The notes: generated by a model from the sequence alone, not told the origin. DNA of 64,000 nucleotides from Synechococcus sp. (GCA_047285305.1 JBJBDL010000003.1:1632001-1696000); one strand, 5' to 3'. Shown: positions 29,359 through 39,402, counted from the stretch's first letter. Numbers and translations are program-made.

Positions 29359-29744
29359 TGCTGTTGACCCTCATCTACGACGGCGGATGCCCATTCTGTC
29401 GAGAGTTCGCCCTCCGCAGTGAGCTCCAGGCGGGTGTTCCCAACCTGCGCATTGTTGACGGGCGCGCCGATCACAAGATCCGGCGCAAGCTCAATGCTCT
29501 CGGACTGCCTCTGCGCAATGGCGCCGTGCTGATCGAAGGGGAGCAGAAGTGGCATGGCAGCGAAGCTATTGCAGAACTCAGCCGGCGCATGAACCCCAGC
29601 GATCCCCTGCTCGGGCTGCTGGCCAAGCTGTTCGGTGACAACCAACGTTCAGCACTGGCTTATCCAGCCCTATTGGCAGCCCGGCGCCTGGCACTCGCCA
29701 CCCGCGGGCTGAGCGTTGACCCGGATCAAGCTCGATCACGCTGA
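29358..29744 (+). CDS. DCC1-like thiol-disulfide oxidoreductase (DUF393)
   Basis: LIYDGGCPFC N-terminal motif. Confidence 0.8.
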   Translation: MLLTLIYDGGCPFCREFALRSELQAGVPNLRIVDGRADHKIRRKLNALGLPLRNGAVLIEGEQKWHGSEAIAELSRRMNPSDPLLGLLAKLFGDNQRSALAYPALLAARRLALATRGLSVDPDQARSR

Positions 29745-29892
29745 CGCAATGAGCCAAAACACGGGTGGTCGCAACCAATACCCCTGAACTACGGTCGAAG
29801 CACAGCCAAAGATTTTCTTAAGCATCGATCCTGATCCCTTTGTTCCTGACGCGCTGAGCCATCAGCAACTCAACGCCTTGCTGAAAGCGGCG

Positions 29893-30114
29893 ATGGACAC
29901 ATCTGCCGTTCCTGAAGGGCAACTCAGCGATGACGAACTGCTCCGCGCAGCACTCAGTGCATGGGCAGACCAAACCCAGGAGTTGCTGCGTTGGATTGAA
30001 GGTCAGGGCGATGCAGTGAGCGACACGCGATCGCCCAAGCAGGTGATGGCGCTGGGAAGTTTTCGCACCCATCTTGTGATGGGCCTCAAGGCACTTCGTT
30101 ATTCCGAAGGCTGA
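29893..30114 (+). CDS. Small hypothetical protein
   Basis: 73-aa ATG ORF. Confidence 0.6.
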   Translation: MDTSAVPEGQLSDDELLRAALSAWADQTQELLRWIEGQGDAVSDTRSPKQVMALGSFRTHLVMGLKALRYSEG

Positions 30115-30392
30115 GCCCGCTGCTGCCCCCGACGAAAGTCACAACACTCCTCGAGAACGGAAAGAAACTGTTCTGGCTCCGGTTGATCGTCAAGATCGAA
30201 GCGTGTGGCTGTGGTCACCGTGAAGTTGATCCAGGTTTCCACTTCTGGGCCGCCGGATGCCATCACAAGGTCGTAGCAGGCCTGAAAATTTGAATCGGGT
30301 GCAAGATCACGCGCCGCATTGATGACGTCATAAAACTCATCCATACCCTCAGTTTGGGCATCAGCAAAGACGGCACGAATGCGATCCAGCAT
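30099..30392 (-). CDS. Hypothetical protein
   Basis: Acidic 97-aa ORF. Confidence 0.6.
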   Translation of the reverse strand: MLDRIRAVFADAQTEGMDEFYDVINAARDLAPDSNFQACYDLVMASGGPEVETWINFTVTTATRFDLDDQPEPEQFLSVLEECCDFRRGQQRAQPSE

Positions 30393-30708
30393 CAGCAAGC
30401 ACGCTCAAGCTCAACAACAGAAAGCTCTGCAGTGAAGTTGGAGGCTTTGTCTTCGAGCTCAAGAAGTTCTGCGTTGAGCTCCAGCAACATCAATGCCAAG
30501 GAGGACGCAAATTCGATGCAGAACGAGTCGTCTTTCACAGCGCCACCGCGTTGAGTTCGCAGGTTCTAATCAACTCAGCAAGTTGGACGTGGATTCCGCA
30601 ATCCTGCTTTACATCGACAACGAAAAATGAGAAATAACTGCACAATCTGTATCGAAAAATCAAATCCGCCGCGAACGTTGAACAGTTTCGCTAAGTGGGG
30701 CTGAACCC

Positions 30709-31569
30709 TTAGGCCGCAACAGGTTCCAGCATGGAGCTGATGCTGGGCTGAAATCCGATTTCACGCAGCCGAGCGTTGCTGACACGGGCATTGAAGATGC
30801 GTGCACCTGGGCGATCGTGGTTGTCCCAGATCACAGGGGGCAATCCGAAGTCATCACACAAGGCATAGGAAAGCTGACGCCGGGTTAACTGGAGATCATC
30901 CACAAGGTTGTAGGTGCCTTGGAGACGCCGGCCGAAAGCGAAATCAACACCGCGAATGATGTCGTGAAGATGAACCCAGGCATTGATGTGATTGCCGTTC
31001 TTGCGAACCGACTGCCCAGCAGCACTGCGGATGTACGACGGGATGTCCTTGCCAGGACCGTAGATACCACCGAGCCGCAGCACACAGGCCTGGGTTGAAG
31101 CGTCGTTCAAGGCAAGAACAGACGTCTCGGCGCTGGCCAGAAGAGCGTTGGCGTTATTGGAACAATCCGGAGGGGTCAGCTCATTGCAGATCGCGCCGGC
31201 CTGATCGCCATACACCCCTGCACTGCTCAGGTAGGTCACATGCAGCGGTCGACGCCCCTGGCGCTGACGCAGCGCCTCAACAAGAGCCGGCACCGCCTGG
31301 CCGTAAACCTTCTCGTACTGATCTTCTTCGAAGGTGTCGATGGTGGGCGCCATCGCAATCAGCACACCATCTAGCCGATCCAGGAAACTGGCATCCGCCA
31401 TCGGATCGCCAGCGCAGTAGAGGCGGGGGTGGTCGACCAGATCGCATAGTTCAGCCAACCGTCCGGGGCTGGTGGTGGTGCCTACAACCTCATGGCCTTG
31501 GCGCCTGAGATGGGTCGAGAAAGCGGATCCGACATATCCACAACCCACAATCCCGAAACTGCCTGGCAT
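30709..31569 (-). CDS. NAD-dependent epimerase/dehydratase (atypical SDR)
   Basis: GCGYVG, YLSSAGVYG, LRLGGIYGP. Confidence 0.85.
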   Translation of the reverse strand: MPGSFGIVGCGYVGSAFSTHLRRQGHEVVGTTTSPGRLAELCDLVDHPRLYCAGDPMADASFLDRLDGVLIAMAPTIDTFEEDQYEKVYGQAVPALVEALRQRQGRRPLHVTYLSSAGVYGDQAGAICNELTPPDCSNNANALLASAETSVLALNDASTQACVLRLGGIYGPGKDIPSYIRSAAGQSVRKNGNHINAWVHLHDIIRGVDFAFGRRLQGTYNLVDDLQLTRRQLSYALCDDFGLPPVIWDNHDRPGARIFNARVSNARLREIGFQPSISSMLEPVAA

Positions 31570-31634
31570 GCCTGGTCAAACACCTTTTACAGAATTTAAC
31601 GAACGCGCCTTGGGCGTGCCGTGACAATGGAGAC

Positions 31635-32054
31635 ATGATCTCGATGATCCTCAACCTGCTCTGGGTTGTTCTCGGCGGACTTCCGATGGCTCTGGCCTGG
31701 TGGCTGGCAGCGCTGATTTGCGCCATCACCACCGTTGGCTTGCCATGGGCACGGTCGTGCTGGGTGATCGGCTGTTTCTCGCTCTGGCCCTTCGGCTCCG
31801 AAGCCATGAGCCGTCGTCAGCTCAGAGGACGAGGTGATCTGGGGACGGGCCCCCTGGGTGCGCTCGGCAATGTGCTCTGGTTCCTTGTGGCCGGCTGGTG
31901 GCTGGCACTGGGTCACCTCAGCAGCGCACTGGCCTGTTTTGTCACGATCATCGGCATTCCCTTTGGCATTCAGCACATAAAACTGGCTTTGATTGCCCTG
32001 GCCCCCGTCGGAATGACGGTGGTGAAATCACGAAGCCGATCTCAGCAGAGCTGA
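31635..32054 (+). CDS. YccF domain inner-membrane protein
   Basis: Two repeats: NLLW..GG..LWPFG and NVLWFLVAGWWL..IIGIPFG. Confidence 0.85.
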   Translation: MISMILNLLWVVLGGLPMALAWWLAALICAITTVGLPWARSCWVIGCFSLWPFGSEAMSRRQLRGRGDLGTGPLGALGNVLWFLVAGWWLALGHLSSALACFVTIIGIPFGIQHIKLALIALAPVGMTVVKSRSRSQQS

Positions 32055-32408
32055 TCAGAACAGCCACTGAATCACCAAGACCATCGCCAAACCGAGCACG
32101 CCGGCCAACAGCAATCCGCCCACCAAGAAGGTGATTGCGGCGGCAAGCCCGATCCTGGCCGTGGTATCTGGATAGAGAAGAAGCAGGGTCAGCCCAAGGG
32201 CCACAGGCCACAACGGCGGAATCAACAGGCAGACCCCGGTGAGGATCATCAGCTTGCGATCACGCTGTTGTTTAGCCTCAACCAGAAGGGCCTCGGCATC
32301 AGCTTCACAATCAAGTGCAGCCTGCTCATCGTCACTGAGCCAACGGCCACGAGCCTTGGCACGATCGAGCTCGTCCTCGAGCCATTCTGCAGGGTTGCCT
32401 TTGCTCAT
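32055..32408 (-). CDS. Membrane hypothetical protein
   Basis: Charged N-terminus, two TM helices. Confidence 0.6.
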   Translation of the reverse strand: MSKGNPAEWLEDELDRAKARGRWLSDDEQAALDCEADAEALLVEAKQQRDRKLMILTGVCLLIPPLWPVALGLTLLLLYPDTTARIGLAAAITFLVGGLLLAGVLGLAMVLVIQWLF

Positions 32409-32567
32409 CGGCTCACCTTAAGAAGCGAGGGATTAACCCAAAAGCAAAGACCGACCATCACAATCGATCTGAAATAGGTAATTTTATCTAGGTATTTACC
32501 CGCCGCAATAATTTCATTGCCCAAAAAAGAAAATCGGCATAGTGTCGCCCTGCGAATTGAGAAAGAC

Positions 32568-32729
32568 GTGTTGAATACAAACCTGGAGTCACCAAATGCT
32601 TCCCAAGCCTGCGTCACTGAGTCACAAGTGAATGCCTATTTTGAATGCTTAACTCTCTGCAATCTTGATGATGGCAGTTGTTACGAGCAATGCATTCTCG
32701 TGCATCTGAAAAACGAGGTGGATACATGA
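32568..32729 (+). CDS. Small Cys-rich protein
   Basis: YFECLTLCNLDDGSCYEQC; start uncertain. Confidence 0.55.
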   Translation: MLNTNLESPNASQACVTESQVNAYFECLTLCNLDDGSCYEQCILVHLKNEVDT

Positions 32730-32848
32730 AAAGCCTAAGTCATCAAACACAAATGGGCTTGGCATCCATTGCCTCAACAGTTGCTGTTGCTCTTCTCGTG
32801 ATCGGTTTTATGGGCATGGCCCAGCACATAAATGCCAGCCCGCTCTGA
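32726..32848 (+). CDS. Small membrane peptide (40 aa)
   Basis: GAGG SD and ATGA overlap; MKSLSHQTQMGLASIASTVAVALLVIGFMGMAQHINASPL. Confidence 0.5.
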   Translation: MKSLSHQTQMGLASIASTVAVALLVIGFMGMAQHINASPL

Positions 32849-32857
32849 AGCACTAGC

Positions 32858-33100
32858 TCACTTCTGACGTTTGAAGGTGTAGCAACCACCGTGGTACCCG
32901 GTGAAGGGTTGGGCGTAGGTCACCAATTCCCAACCCTGCTCTCCCAATTCATTCATCAAGCCCACCAGAGTGACGTCACGCTGCGGATGGCTTCTGGAGA
33001 TCAGCTGGCGGTCATCCAGCCAGAGCTCCTCGATTTCCCCGGTCCACGACTTCCCCCGGGGCACGAAGCGTAACTGGGTGTACTCCCAACGCATCACCAC
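32858..33100 (-). CDS. Hypothetical protein (DUF4177-like)
   Basis: WEY...MNELGEQGWELV...FKR. Confidence 0.65.
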   Translation of the reverse strand: MVMRWEYTQLRFVPRGKSWTGEIEELWLDDRQLISRSHPQRDVTLVGLMNELGEQGWELVTYAQPFTGYHGGCYTFKRQK

Positions 33101-33179
33101 TCATCAGCTGAACGACGCACCATCTTCACCGCAGACGGCACCAACCGGGGGCGACAATTCAAGAACACGCTGTTCTGTG

Positions 33180-33716
33180 ATGCGTCGCCTGCTCGCCCAG
33201 CTCGTTCTGCTCATCAGCCTGCTCACGCTCACTCCGGGCTGGTGCGGAGCCCTGGAGGTGACCCTGCAACGCATTGATGCCAACGGTATTGGCGAATCGA
33301 TCGGCAGCGTCACAGCGCAAGACACCGACCAGGGCCTGGTGATTTATCCCGATCTGGCGGGGCTGAGCCCTGGGGAACATGGCTTCCATCTCCACAGCAC
33401 GGGAAACTGTGAAATGGGTCAAACTGCCGAGGGCACCCCCGTTGCCGGCCTGGCTGCTGGAGGTCACTGGGACCCTGACGAAACAGGTCAACACCTTGGA
33501 CCCTTCGGAAACGGTCACCGGGGCGATCTCAGCAGGCTGATGGTGGATGACGACGGCAAGACCAATACCAGTGTGGTGGCGCCACGGCTCAGCACAGCTG
33601 ACCTGAAGGGAAAAGCACTGATTGTCCATGCAGGCGGCGACACCTACAGGGACGAGCCCCCCCTCGGTGGAGGTGGACTACGGGTGGCCTGTGGCGTGGT
33701 GCCGGACGAGCGCTGA
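33180..33716 (+). CDS. sodC: Cu/Zn superoxide dismutase
   Basis: Signal peptide; HGFHLH, GGHWDP, HLGP..GHRGDL, IVHAGGD, RVACG. Confidence 0.93.
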   Translation: MRRLLAQLVLLISLLTLTPGWCGALEVTLQRIDANGIGESIGSVTAQDTDQGLVIYPDLAGLSPGEHGFHLHSTGNCEMGQTAEGTPVAGLAAGGHWDPDETGQHLGPFGNGHRGDLSRLMVDDDGKTNTSVVAPRLSTADLKGKALIVHAGGDTYRDEPPLGGGGLRVACGVVPDER

Positions 33717-33717
33717 C

Positions 33718-34083
33718 TCAGCCATTCACCAGGCGGGCATAAAGGCGACAGACCCTGATGGCCTGAGCGGGTGGCTCCTGACAGAGGGCACCGAGTTCCC
33801 TGTTCAGCTGCTGGAACAGGGACAGATCCGCTCCAGGAATTGAGGGAAACACCAGGAACAATCCTGAGGCAATCAAACCGATCACAACATCGCTCCAACT
33901 CGTAAGAAAACCCCAAGCCCGCGTCGATTCTGGGTCGTGTTCGTCCCTGCAGACCACGGCCATCAGCGCCTCGATGTGCAACATCAGGCCTGGGCGCCAG
34001 GCAGCATCTTCGTCACAGGTCTCGATGGTCTCCACCACGATCGAGCCCCCACGCCCAATGATCAGGTCATAGGCGGGTGGCAT
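33718..34083 (-). CDS. Hypothetical protein; N-terminal half paralogous to 48511-48696
   Basis: MPPAYDLII.R.G.I..ETI...D...AWR; may be two small genes joined in frame. Confidence 0.5.
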   Translation of the reverse strand: MPPAYDLIIGRGGSIVVETIETCDEDAAWRPGLMLHIEALMAVVCRDEHDPESTRAWGFLTSWSDVVIGLIASGLFLVFPSIPGADLSLFQQLNRELGALCQEPPAQAIRVCRLYARLVNG

Positions 34084-34133
34084 CGGAGCGTTGCAGCGTC
34101 TCCCCATTCATCAGGCAAAGCACGTCTGGCACA

Positions 34134-34149
34134 TCCCCCAGTTGAGGAA
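34134..34149. promoter_or_regulatory. Dyad box, candidate regulator site
   Basis: TCCCCCA-GT-TGAGGAA; near-identical copy at 48748-48763. Confidence 0.5.
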
Positions 34150-34195
34150 GTTCAACGGCAGGTGAACATGATCAAACGCTTGACCTCTCACAACG

Positions 34196-34462
34196 TTGTT
34201 CAAATCACCCCTGTTTCGCCGCGTCGGGATCTACCTCGTGCTCAGCACCGCTGCTGTCACCGTCGTCAATCAGCTCGACATTGAACAACAGAGTGCCTAT
34301 CAGATCTACATCCCGATGTTCATTGGGATCTACATCATTTCGCGTTGGCTCGACAGCCGGTTCAACCAGGCCTCATCACAGCAGGCCTCACAACAGCCAC
34401 AGCCCAACGCAACGCACAACGAAACCTCACCATCCACAGCCGACCGTGGTTTTGGACAGTGA
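34196..34462 (+). CDS. Small membrane protein
   Basis: Two TM helices, polar tail ending RGFGQ. Confidence 0.55.
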   Translation: MFKSPLFRRVGIYLVLSTAAVTVVNQLDIEQQSAYQIYIPMFIGIYIISRWLDSRFNQASSQQASQQPQPNATHNETSPSTADRGFGQ

Positions 34463-34486
34463 GGTAAAGCGAAGCTGTTTTGAGGC

Positions 34487-34732
34487 TCAGCGGCGGGGTT
34501 CGGCCTTACGAACGGAGATGGCGCGACCCATCCACTCAACGTTCTGCAGGTCGTCGATTGCCGACTGCTCATCGGCTTCACTGCTGAGGTCAACAAAAGC
34601 GAAACCACGCTTGCGGCCAGTCTCCCGGTCGAGGGGCAAGGAGCATTTGCTCACTTCGCCGTACTGACCGAACAGATGAATGAGATCCTCCCGCTCAGCG
34701 TCCCAGGAGAGATTTCCGATAAAGATCGTCAA
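34487..34732 (-). CDS. rbp: RRM RNA-binding protein
   Basis: IFIGNL (RNP2), RGFAFV (RNP1); TTG start. Confidence 0.9.
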   Translation of the reverse strand: MTIFIGNLSWDAEREDLIHLFGQYGEVSKCSLPLDRETGRKRGFAFVDLSSEADEQSAIDDLQNVEWMGRAISVRKAEPRR

Positions 34733-35092
34733 AAAAAGAATTGATCAAGACTGCTTACCTTCGCACACAGCGTCCAAATGCCGAGCCTTCAGAGGGATGG
34801 CTCAACAGTGGGATCAAGGACTACCAAACAATTCCGTTCAAGGCTGAATTCGATAGAAAGCCTTTGCTTCGAGCCCAATTAAGCCTCAACGGAACCAGGC
34901 TTGATTCAATTGCGGCATGGAGATGGGTGGACTCAGCGGTACCAAATCGGACGATTTCATCAACGCAGCCAAAGCCCGCGGCGAAGCTGCCCTGCAAGAC
35001 AAACAGCCCAAATTGACCAAGCTAGAAAAAGCATTCCGGCATGCGGCAATCCGGCGGCGGGCTGAAGATGCCCGAAAAAAGGGACATCACAC

Positions 35093-36286
35093 CTAATTCA
35101 AAGCCCTGCCTTTCCAGGTCCAACCGCGTCCCGTGCGGGTGCGCCAGATCGAGACGGGGCCAATCGCACCCACCAGCAACCCACCGGCTCCCATCAGCCA
35201 CCAATAGCTGAGGGGCACATCAAAGTTGCTGTGCATCCACAGCCGCAGCAGCAGCTGTTGAAGGATGGCCAAGCTCGCCAGGGCCAACACCCACCACCAA
35301 GCCGAAGCCAGCAGGGGTTGGAGCCAGAGCAGTACGAGCGATGCCGGCAGCAACAGCCAGGGCACGCTGAACATCAACACCACCACCAAAGCGGCGCCAA
35401 GGGCTTTCACGGGATCACTGTCCAAGCCCAGAAACCAGTTCTTGGTCCAGCCCTCCCAAAGCGCCGCGAGGTCGCGGTACATCCGCAGATCGACCGCATC
35501 AAGCCCCAGGAGATAACGCAGCCGATGGCCTCCTCCCTTGATGGCGCGGGCGAGAGCCAGATCTTCCACCACCTCGCCAGCCAGGGCCCGGTGACCACCA
35601 ATCTGCGCATAGATGGAAGCCTTGAACAACATGAAAGGCCCCGCCGCAAACGCCACCGGCGATGCCGGGTCGTTGGTTTCGAGGATGGGAAAGCCAAGGC
35701 CCAGCAGGCTGGCCATGATCGGCTGCACCATCCATTCCGCCAGGCATCCGCAACTCAACCGCGGCGCCAGGGTCAGCAAATCGGCCTGCTCATCAAGGGC
35801 CTGAGCCAGGGCCCGTTTCAGGGCATCGGGCTTGAGCCGAACATCGGCATCGATGAACAACAGCCACTCGCTGGAGACCTGGTCAACGGCCATGCTGCAG
35901 GCCCAGTTCTTGCCCACCCAGCGTTCGTTGACGGGCCTGGGACCGGCTTGGATCAGTCGGAAGTGGGGCGCTGCAGAGCCAGCGCGGAGGGCGTTGTCCA
36001 CCGTTGCATCGCTGGACTCGTCATCCACCACCACCAACGACCAGTCCCGGCAGGGGGGCTGATTAGCCAGAACGCTGGCGACACAGGCCTCGATGTTGTG
36101 GGCCTCGTTGAAGGCGGGGATCACCACCGTCAGCGAAGTGTCCGGAACAGCAACGTCTTGGCCCGGCTTCAAGCGCGGTGCCACTGAAAACACCAGTTGC
36201 AGCCCCAACTGAAGGATCAGCAATCCCGCTGCAGCTGAACCAGCCGCAGCAAGAAACAGCAGGGGCTCAAGCAGGGCAAGCGTCAA
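35093..36286 (-). CDS. Glycosyltransferase family 2 (possibly carotenoid-type)
   Basis: VVIPAFNE, VDDESSD, WVGKNWAC, FIDADV, VEDLALAR, W.GWTKN; start set at TTG 36286. Confidence 0.85.
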   Translation of the reverse strand: MTLALLEPLLFLAAAGSAAAGLLILQLGLQLVFSVAPRLKPGQDVAVPDTSLTVVIPAFNEAHNIEACVASVLANQPPCRDWSLVVVDDESSDATVDNALRAGSAAPHFRLIQAGPRPVNERWVGKNWACSMAVDQVSSEWLLFIDADVRLKPDALKRALAQALDEQADLLTLAPRLSCGCLAEWMVQPIMASLLGLGFPILETNDPASPVAFAAGPFMLFKASIYAQIGGHRALAGEVVEDLALARAIKGGGHRLRYLLGLDAVDLRMYRDLAALWEGWTKNWFLGLDSDPVKALGAALVVVLMFSVPWLLLPASLVLLWLQPLLASAWWWVLALASLAILQQLLLRLWMHSNFDVPLSYWWLMGAGGLLVGAIGPVSIWRTRTGRGWTWKGRALN

Positions 36287-36315
36287 AGCCGGGCCATGGT
36301 GTGGGGTCAGCCGTC

Positions 36316-36633
36316 TTAGCTGACGGATGCTGCAGCTTTCACCATCGGCCACATCGCAGCAAATTCGGCATCCGACACCACGGCAGTGACCTCGAACTGA
36401 ATGCCGAAGCCCTTGATCCAGGGCCCGAGATGCGCCCACACCTTGCCGATGTCACTGGCAACAGCAATGGCGACACCACTACCGCTGATCGGTTCGCAGA
36501 CGCGGTATTTGAGAGCAAAGCCGTCGAAAGCATCTCCGGGTGCTCCCGAGTTGATGTAGTCAGCAAAGCCAGGGCATGACTCCCACGCACCCTCAACGGT
36601 CGGGAATGTCCAAACGATCAAGTAGTGCTGCAC
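36316..36633 (-). CDS. DUF3303 family protein
   Basis: QHYLIVWTF..RVCEP..GSGVAI..HLGPW..VVSDAEF. Confidence 0.7.
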   Translation of the reverse strand: MQHYLIVWTFPTVEGAWESCPGFADYINSGAPGDAFDGFALKYRVCEPISGSGVAIAVASDIGKVWAHLGPWIKGFGIQFEVTAVVSDAEFAAMWPMVKAAASVS

Positions 36634-36772
36634 GGTGAAGGGAGGCAACCATTTGCTACATAGCCACGAACGTCCGTTCAGGCTGAATTGCAACTGAATT
36701 CAGCAGTCATTCCGCAGGAGCCTGAGGCGAAGCTGGCACGGGACTAGAGCTGAATTAAGACCCAGCGAAACC

Positions 36773-36952
36773 ATGACTCTCCACGTCGCCAATGAAATGG
36801 ATGAAGTAGAAGTGGCCGTCTGGTGGGACCTGTCACGCATCGTTCGGCACTTCGAACGCCAGGGACTTGAGCGCCGGGCTGTGAAAGCTGCCGTGATGAA
36901 TGCAGCGCTGCGCCTAATGAAGGATGAAGGCAAGGAACCCTCAACGTTGTGA
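36773..36952 (+). CDS. Small hypothetical protein (59 aa)
   Basis: Manual translation: MTLHVANEMDEVEVAVWWDLSRIVRHFERQGLERRAVKAAVMNAALRL... Confidence 0.5.
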   Translation: MTLHVANEMDEVEVAVWWDLSRIVRHFERQGLERRAVKAAVMNAALRLMKDEGKEPSTL

Positions 36953-37477
36953 TTGCTGCGTAAACACCACTTCCTCCGGTGAACTCACCCGACCAAGAGC
37001 AGCATTGCGCCTCGGATAACGCCCAAAGCGCTGCAGCTGGATCAGATGGCGGCGGGCGACATCAGCGGTGGCAACGTCTGCGAATTGCTCCAGCAAAGGG
37101 ATGGCCTGGGCCACCAGCTTGTGGTCTTCGCTGTGCAAAAGAGGCATCAGCCAGAACTGCCGCCGCGGTAGTTGCGATTCCGCTGCGATCCATCCCCGCT
37201 TCAGCGCTTCCATGCTCAGCGTCAGAGCCTGAGGATCTCCGGCGAAGGCTTGGGCCTGGCCCCGCCAGATCTGACGGGTGAATTGATCCAGCAGCAGCAC
37301 CAAGGCCAAACCGCTGCTGGGCCCGCAGCTCCAGTGGTCCAGCTTTCCAGCAAGGGCGCGCTCAACGGCCTCGCCGAATCGTTCTCGCACCAGGGCGTCG
37401 AAGCTGTCGCAGCGACGAAACCACTTCCAGGGACGGCACTGCTGAAACCAGAACTCCAGGACGTCGTCTGGGCTCAA
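36941..37477 (-). CDS. DUF924 family protein
   Basis: VLEFWF, LLDQFTR, MPLLHSE, RFGRYPRRNAALGR; 4-nt overlap with SelO. Confidence 0.85.
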   Translation of the reverse strand: MSPDDVLEFWFQQCRPWKWFRRCDSFDALVRERFGEAVERALAGKLDHWSCGPSSGLALVLLLDQFTRQIWRGQAQAFAGDPQALTLSMEALKRGWIAAESQLPRRQFWLMPLLHSEDHKLVAQAIPLLEQFADVATADVARRHLIQLQRFGRYPRRNAALGRVSSPEEVVFTQQSQR

Positions 37478-39147
37478 GACGAACAGCTGTAGTGGGACAC
37501 CCCACCGGCACTGAAGAACTCTCGAGGTTTCAAGCGGTCGTAGCGGGCCGCCAAATCGGCGGAAGGCGTGTTGTAGGGCGTGCTGAACAGCTGCTGCAGT
37601 TCACCCATCAAGGAGGTGTCGCCTTCGGCGGCCTGCTGGTAAGCCGGAGCGATCAACCATTCGCGCCAGGTGATGGCCGGATTGACCCGCCGCATGCCAG
37701 CGGAGATCACCGACGGATCAACGCCACTGGGCCACTGGGCACGCCAGCGCAGCAACCAATCGCTCCACTGGGATTCGAGGGGTGCCGAAAGGGGCAGATA
37801 GAAACAGTCCCGCAGCGGATCGATCTGCTCGGGCAGATCCGACAAGCGGCGAAACACCATCGAATAATCGGCGCTGGACTCCACCAGGAGCGTCAACAGC
37901 TGTTGCACCAGGGCGTCGTTGGCACTGGGCAGGCCGAGTTTGCTGCTCCACATTCGTTGCATGGCCTCCTGCATGGCAGCAGGAAAACCCTCTAGCAACT
38001 GATCCAGTTGGGCCTGGGCCTCCGCCTGGCCCTCCATCAACGTGCGTAGGCATTTCCAGAACATGCGGTAGTTGGCTTCCGCAGCCACCGGCTGGTTGAA
38101 GAAGCAGAAGTGGGCACCGCCACCGGTCCAGGGCTGAAAGCGCGGATCAAACAACTCGCAGAAGCCGAACGGGCCGTAGTCGAGGGTGAAGCCACCGGCG
38201 GCGCAGTTGTCGCTGTTGAAGTTGCCCTGGCAATAGCCCACACGGATCCAGTTGGCCACAAGGGCCGTGAGCCGATCACGGAACAAGCGCGCCAACAGCA
38301 CAACCTGGTCGCTGAATGGCAGGACGGGGTCGATCTCCTGGCAGTAATTGCGTTCGATCAAGTGCACCACAATCTGGTGCAGCTCCTGGTGCGCCCGGGG
38401 ATGGGCCTCACTGCGGGCACGGCGGGCGAACAACTCCAGCTGACCCACCCGCAGAAATGAGGGCGCCACCCGGGTGCTGATGGCCGTCGGGTTGTCGACC
38501 ATCACATCCGGATCCATCGAGCGTGAGTTCTCGGAATACCAAGGGCGACGCACCGTCTCAGCATGGGAGACGTAGAGCGTCAACGAACGGGAGGTGGGCA
38601 CGCCGAGGGCGTGCATGAACTCCTGCGCCAGAAATTCACGGACGCTGGAGCGGAGCACGGCGCGACCATCGGCACCACGACAGAAGGGGGTCGGACCACC
38701 ACCTTTGAGTTGCATCTCCCAGCGGCGCCCTTCAAACAACCCCTCAAACACCGACATGGCTCGGCCATCTCCGTAGCCATTGCCATTTCCAAAGGGGCAC
38801 TGCTGGGTGTATTCGGTGCCGTAGATCGAGAGGGCGTAGCCGGTGGCCCAGCCCCAGGGTCGCATCGGACCGGTGGCCACACCAAGATCACCGGAAAACA
38901 TGCGGCGGAACTGATCGTCCTGGGCGAGGTCATCGCTGAGACCAAGCTCGCTGAACAAGCTGCGGCTGTGCGCCAGGTATTGGGGATCGGGAATCGGGGT
39001 GGGCGTCACCGGCACGTAGTGGCCGGAGAGCACCTGGCGGGGACGGTGGTCCTCCCCATCCGCTGTGGACTCCGGGTCAGGCGTGAGAGCTTCCAAAAGG
39101 GAGTAGTCGGCCCGTTCGGCGAAGTCAGCAAACGTGGAGGTACTCAT
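37474..39147 (-). CDS. selO: Protein adenylyltransferase SelO/YdiU
   Basis: GDGRA, QLKGGG.TP..R.ADGRAVLRSSVREF, GNFNSDN, DYGPF, C-terminal CSS. Confidence 0.9.
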   Translation of the reverse strand: MSTSTFADFAERADYSLLEALTPDPESTADGEDHRPRQVLSGHYVPVTPTPIPDPQYLAHSRSLFSELGLSDDLAQDDQFRRMFSGDLGVATGPMRPWGWATGYALSIYGTEYTQQCPFGNGNGYGDGRAMSVFEGLFEGRRWEMQLKGGGPTPFCRGADGRAVLRSSVREFLAQEFMHALGVPTSRSLTLYVSHAETVRRPWYSENSRSMDPDVMVDNPTAISTRVAPSFLRVGQLELFARRARSEAHPRAHQELHQIVVHLIERNYCQEIDPVLPFSDQVVLLARLFRDRLTALVANWIRVGYCQGNFNSDNCAAGGFTLDYGPFGFCELFDPRFQPWTGGGAHFCFFNQPVAAEANYRMFWKCLRTLMEGQAEAQAQLDQLLEGFPAAMQEAMQRMWSSKLGLPSANDALVQQLLTLLVESSADYSMVFRRLSDLPEQIDPLRDCFYLPLSAPLESQWSDWLLRWRAQWPSGVDPSVISAGMRRVNPAITWREWLIAPAYQQAAEGDTSLMGELQQLFSTPYNTPSADLAARYDRLKPREFFSAGGVSHYSCSS

Positions 39148-39255
39148 CGGGCCCTGACGCTGAACCCATCATCGCCAGAGCTGCGGCCGGGTGTTTTGAC
39201 CGATGGCGAATGCCGAGCCGAGGCCTTACACCGAGGGAAGCATCCAAGGACAACC

Positions 39256-39402
39256 GTGGGCAAAGCCAGGAAACTTCGCTCCGACAACCGGCAGGAGGAG
39301 CTAATCACCAGCCTGATCGGCCTGACCGCCATTTTTGTGGCTACGGCCATCTGGTGGAGCGTGGCTCCCCAGTGGCTCACCAGCAGCTGGCAGACCTTTT
39401 AG
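39256..39402 (+). CDS. Small membrane peptide
   Basis: GTG start; single TM helix. Confidence 0.45.
   Translation: MGKARKLRSDNRQEELITSLIGLTAIFVATAIWWSVAPQWLTSSWQTF

Noticed and set aside
31586..31603. HLR1/RpaB-like direct repeat TTTACAGA-AT-TTAACGAA
   Set aside because: Too degenerate to call without a matrix score
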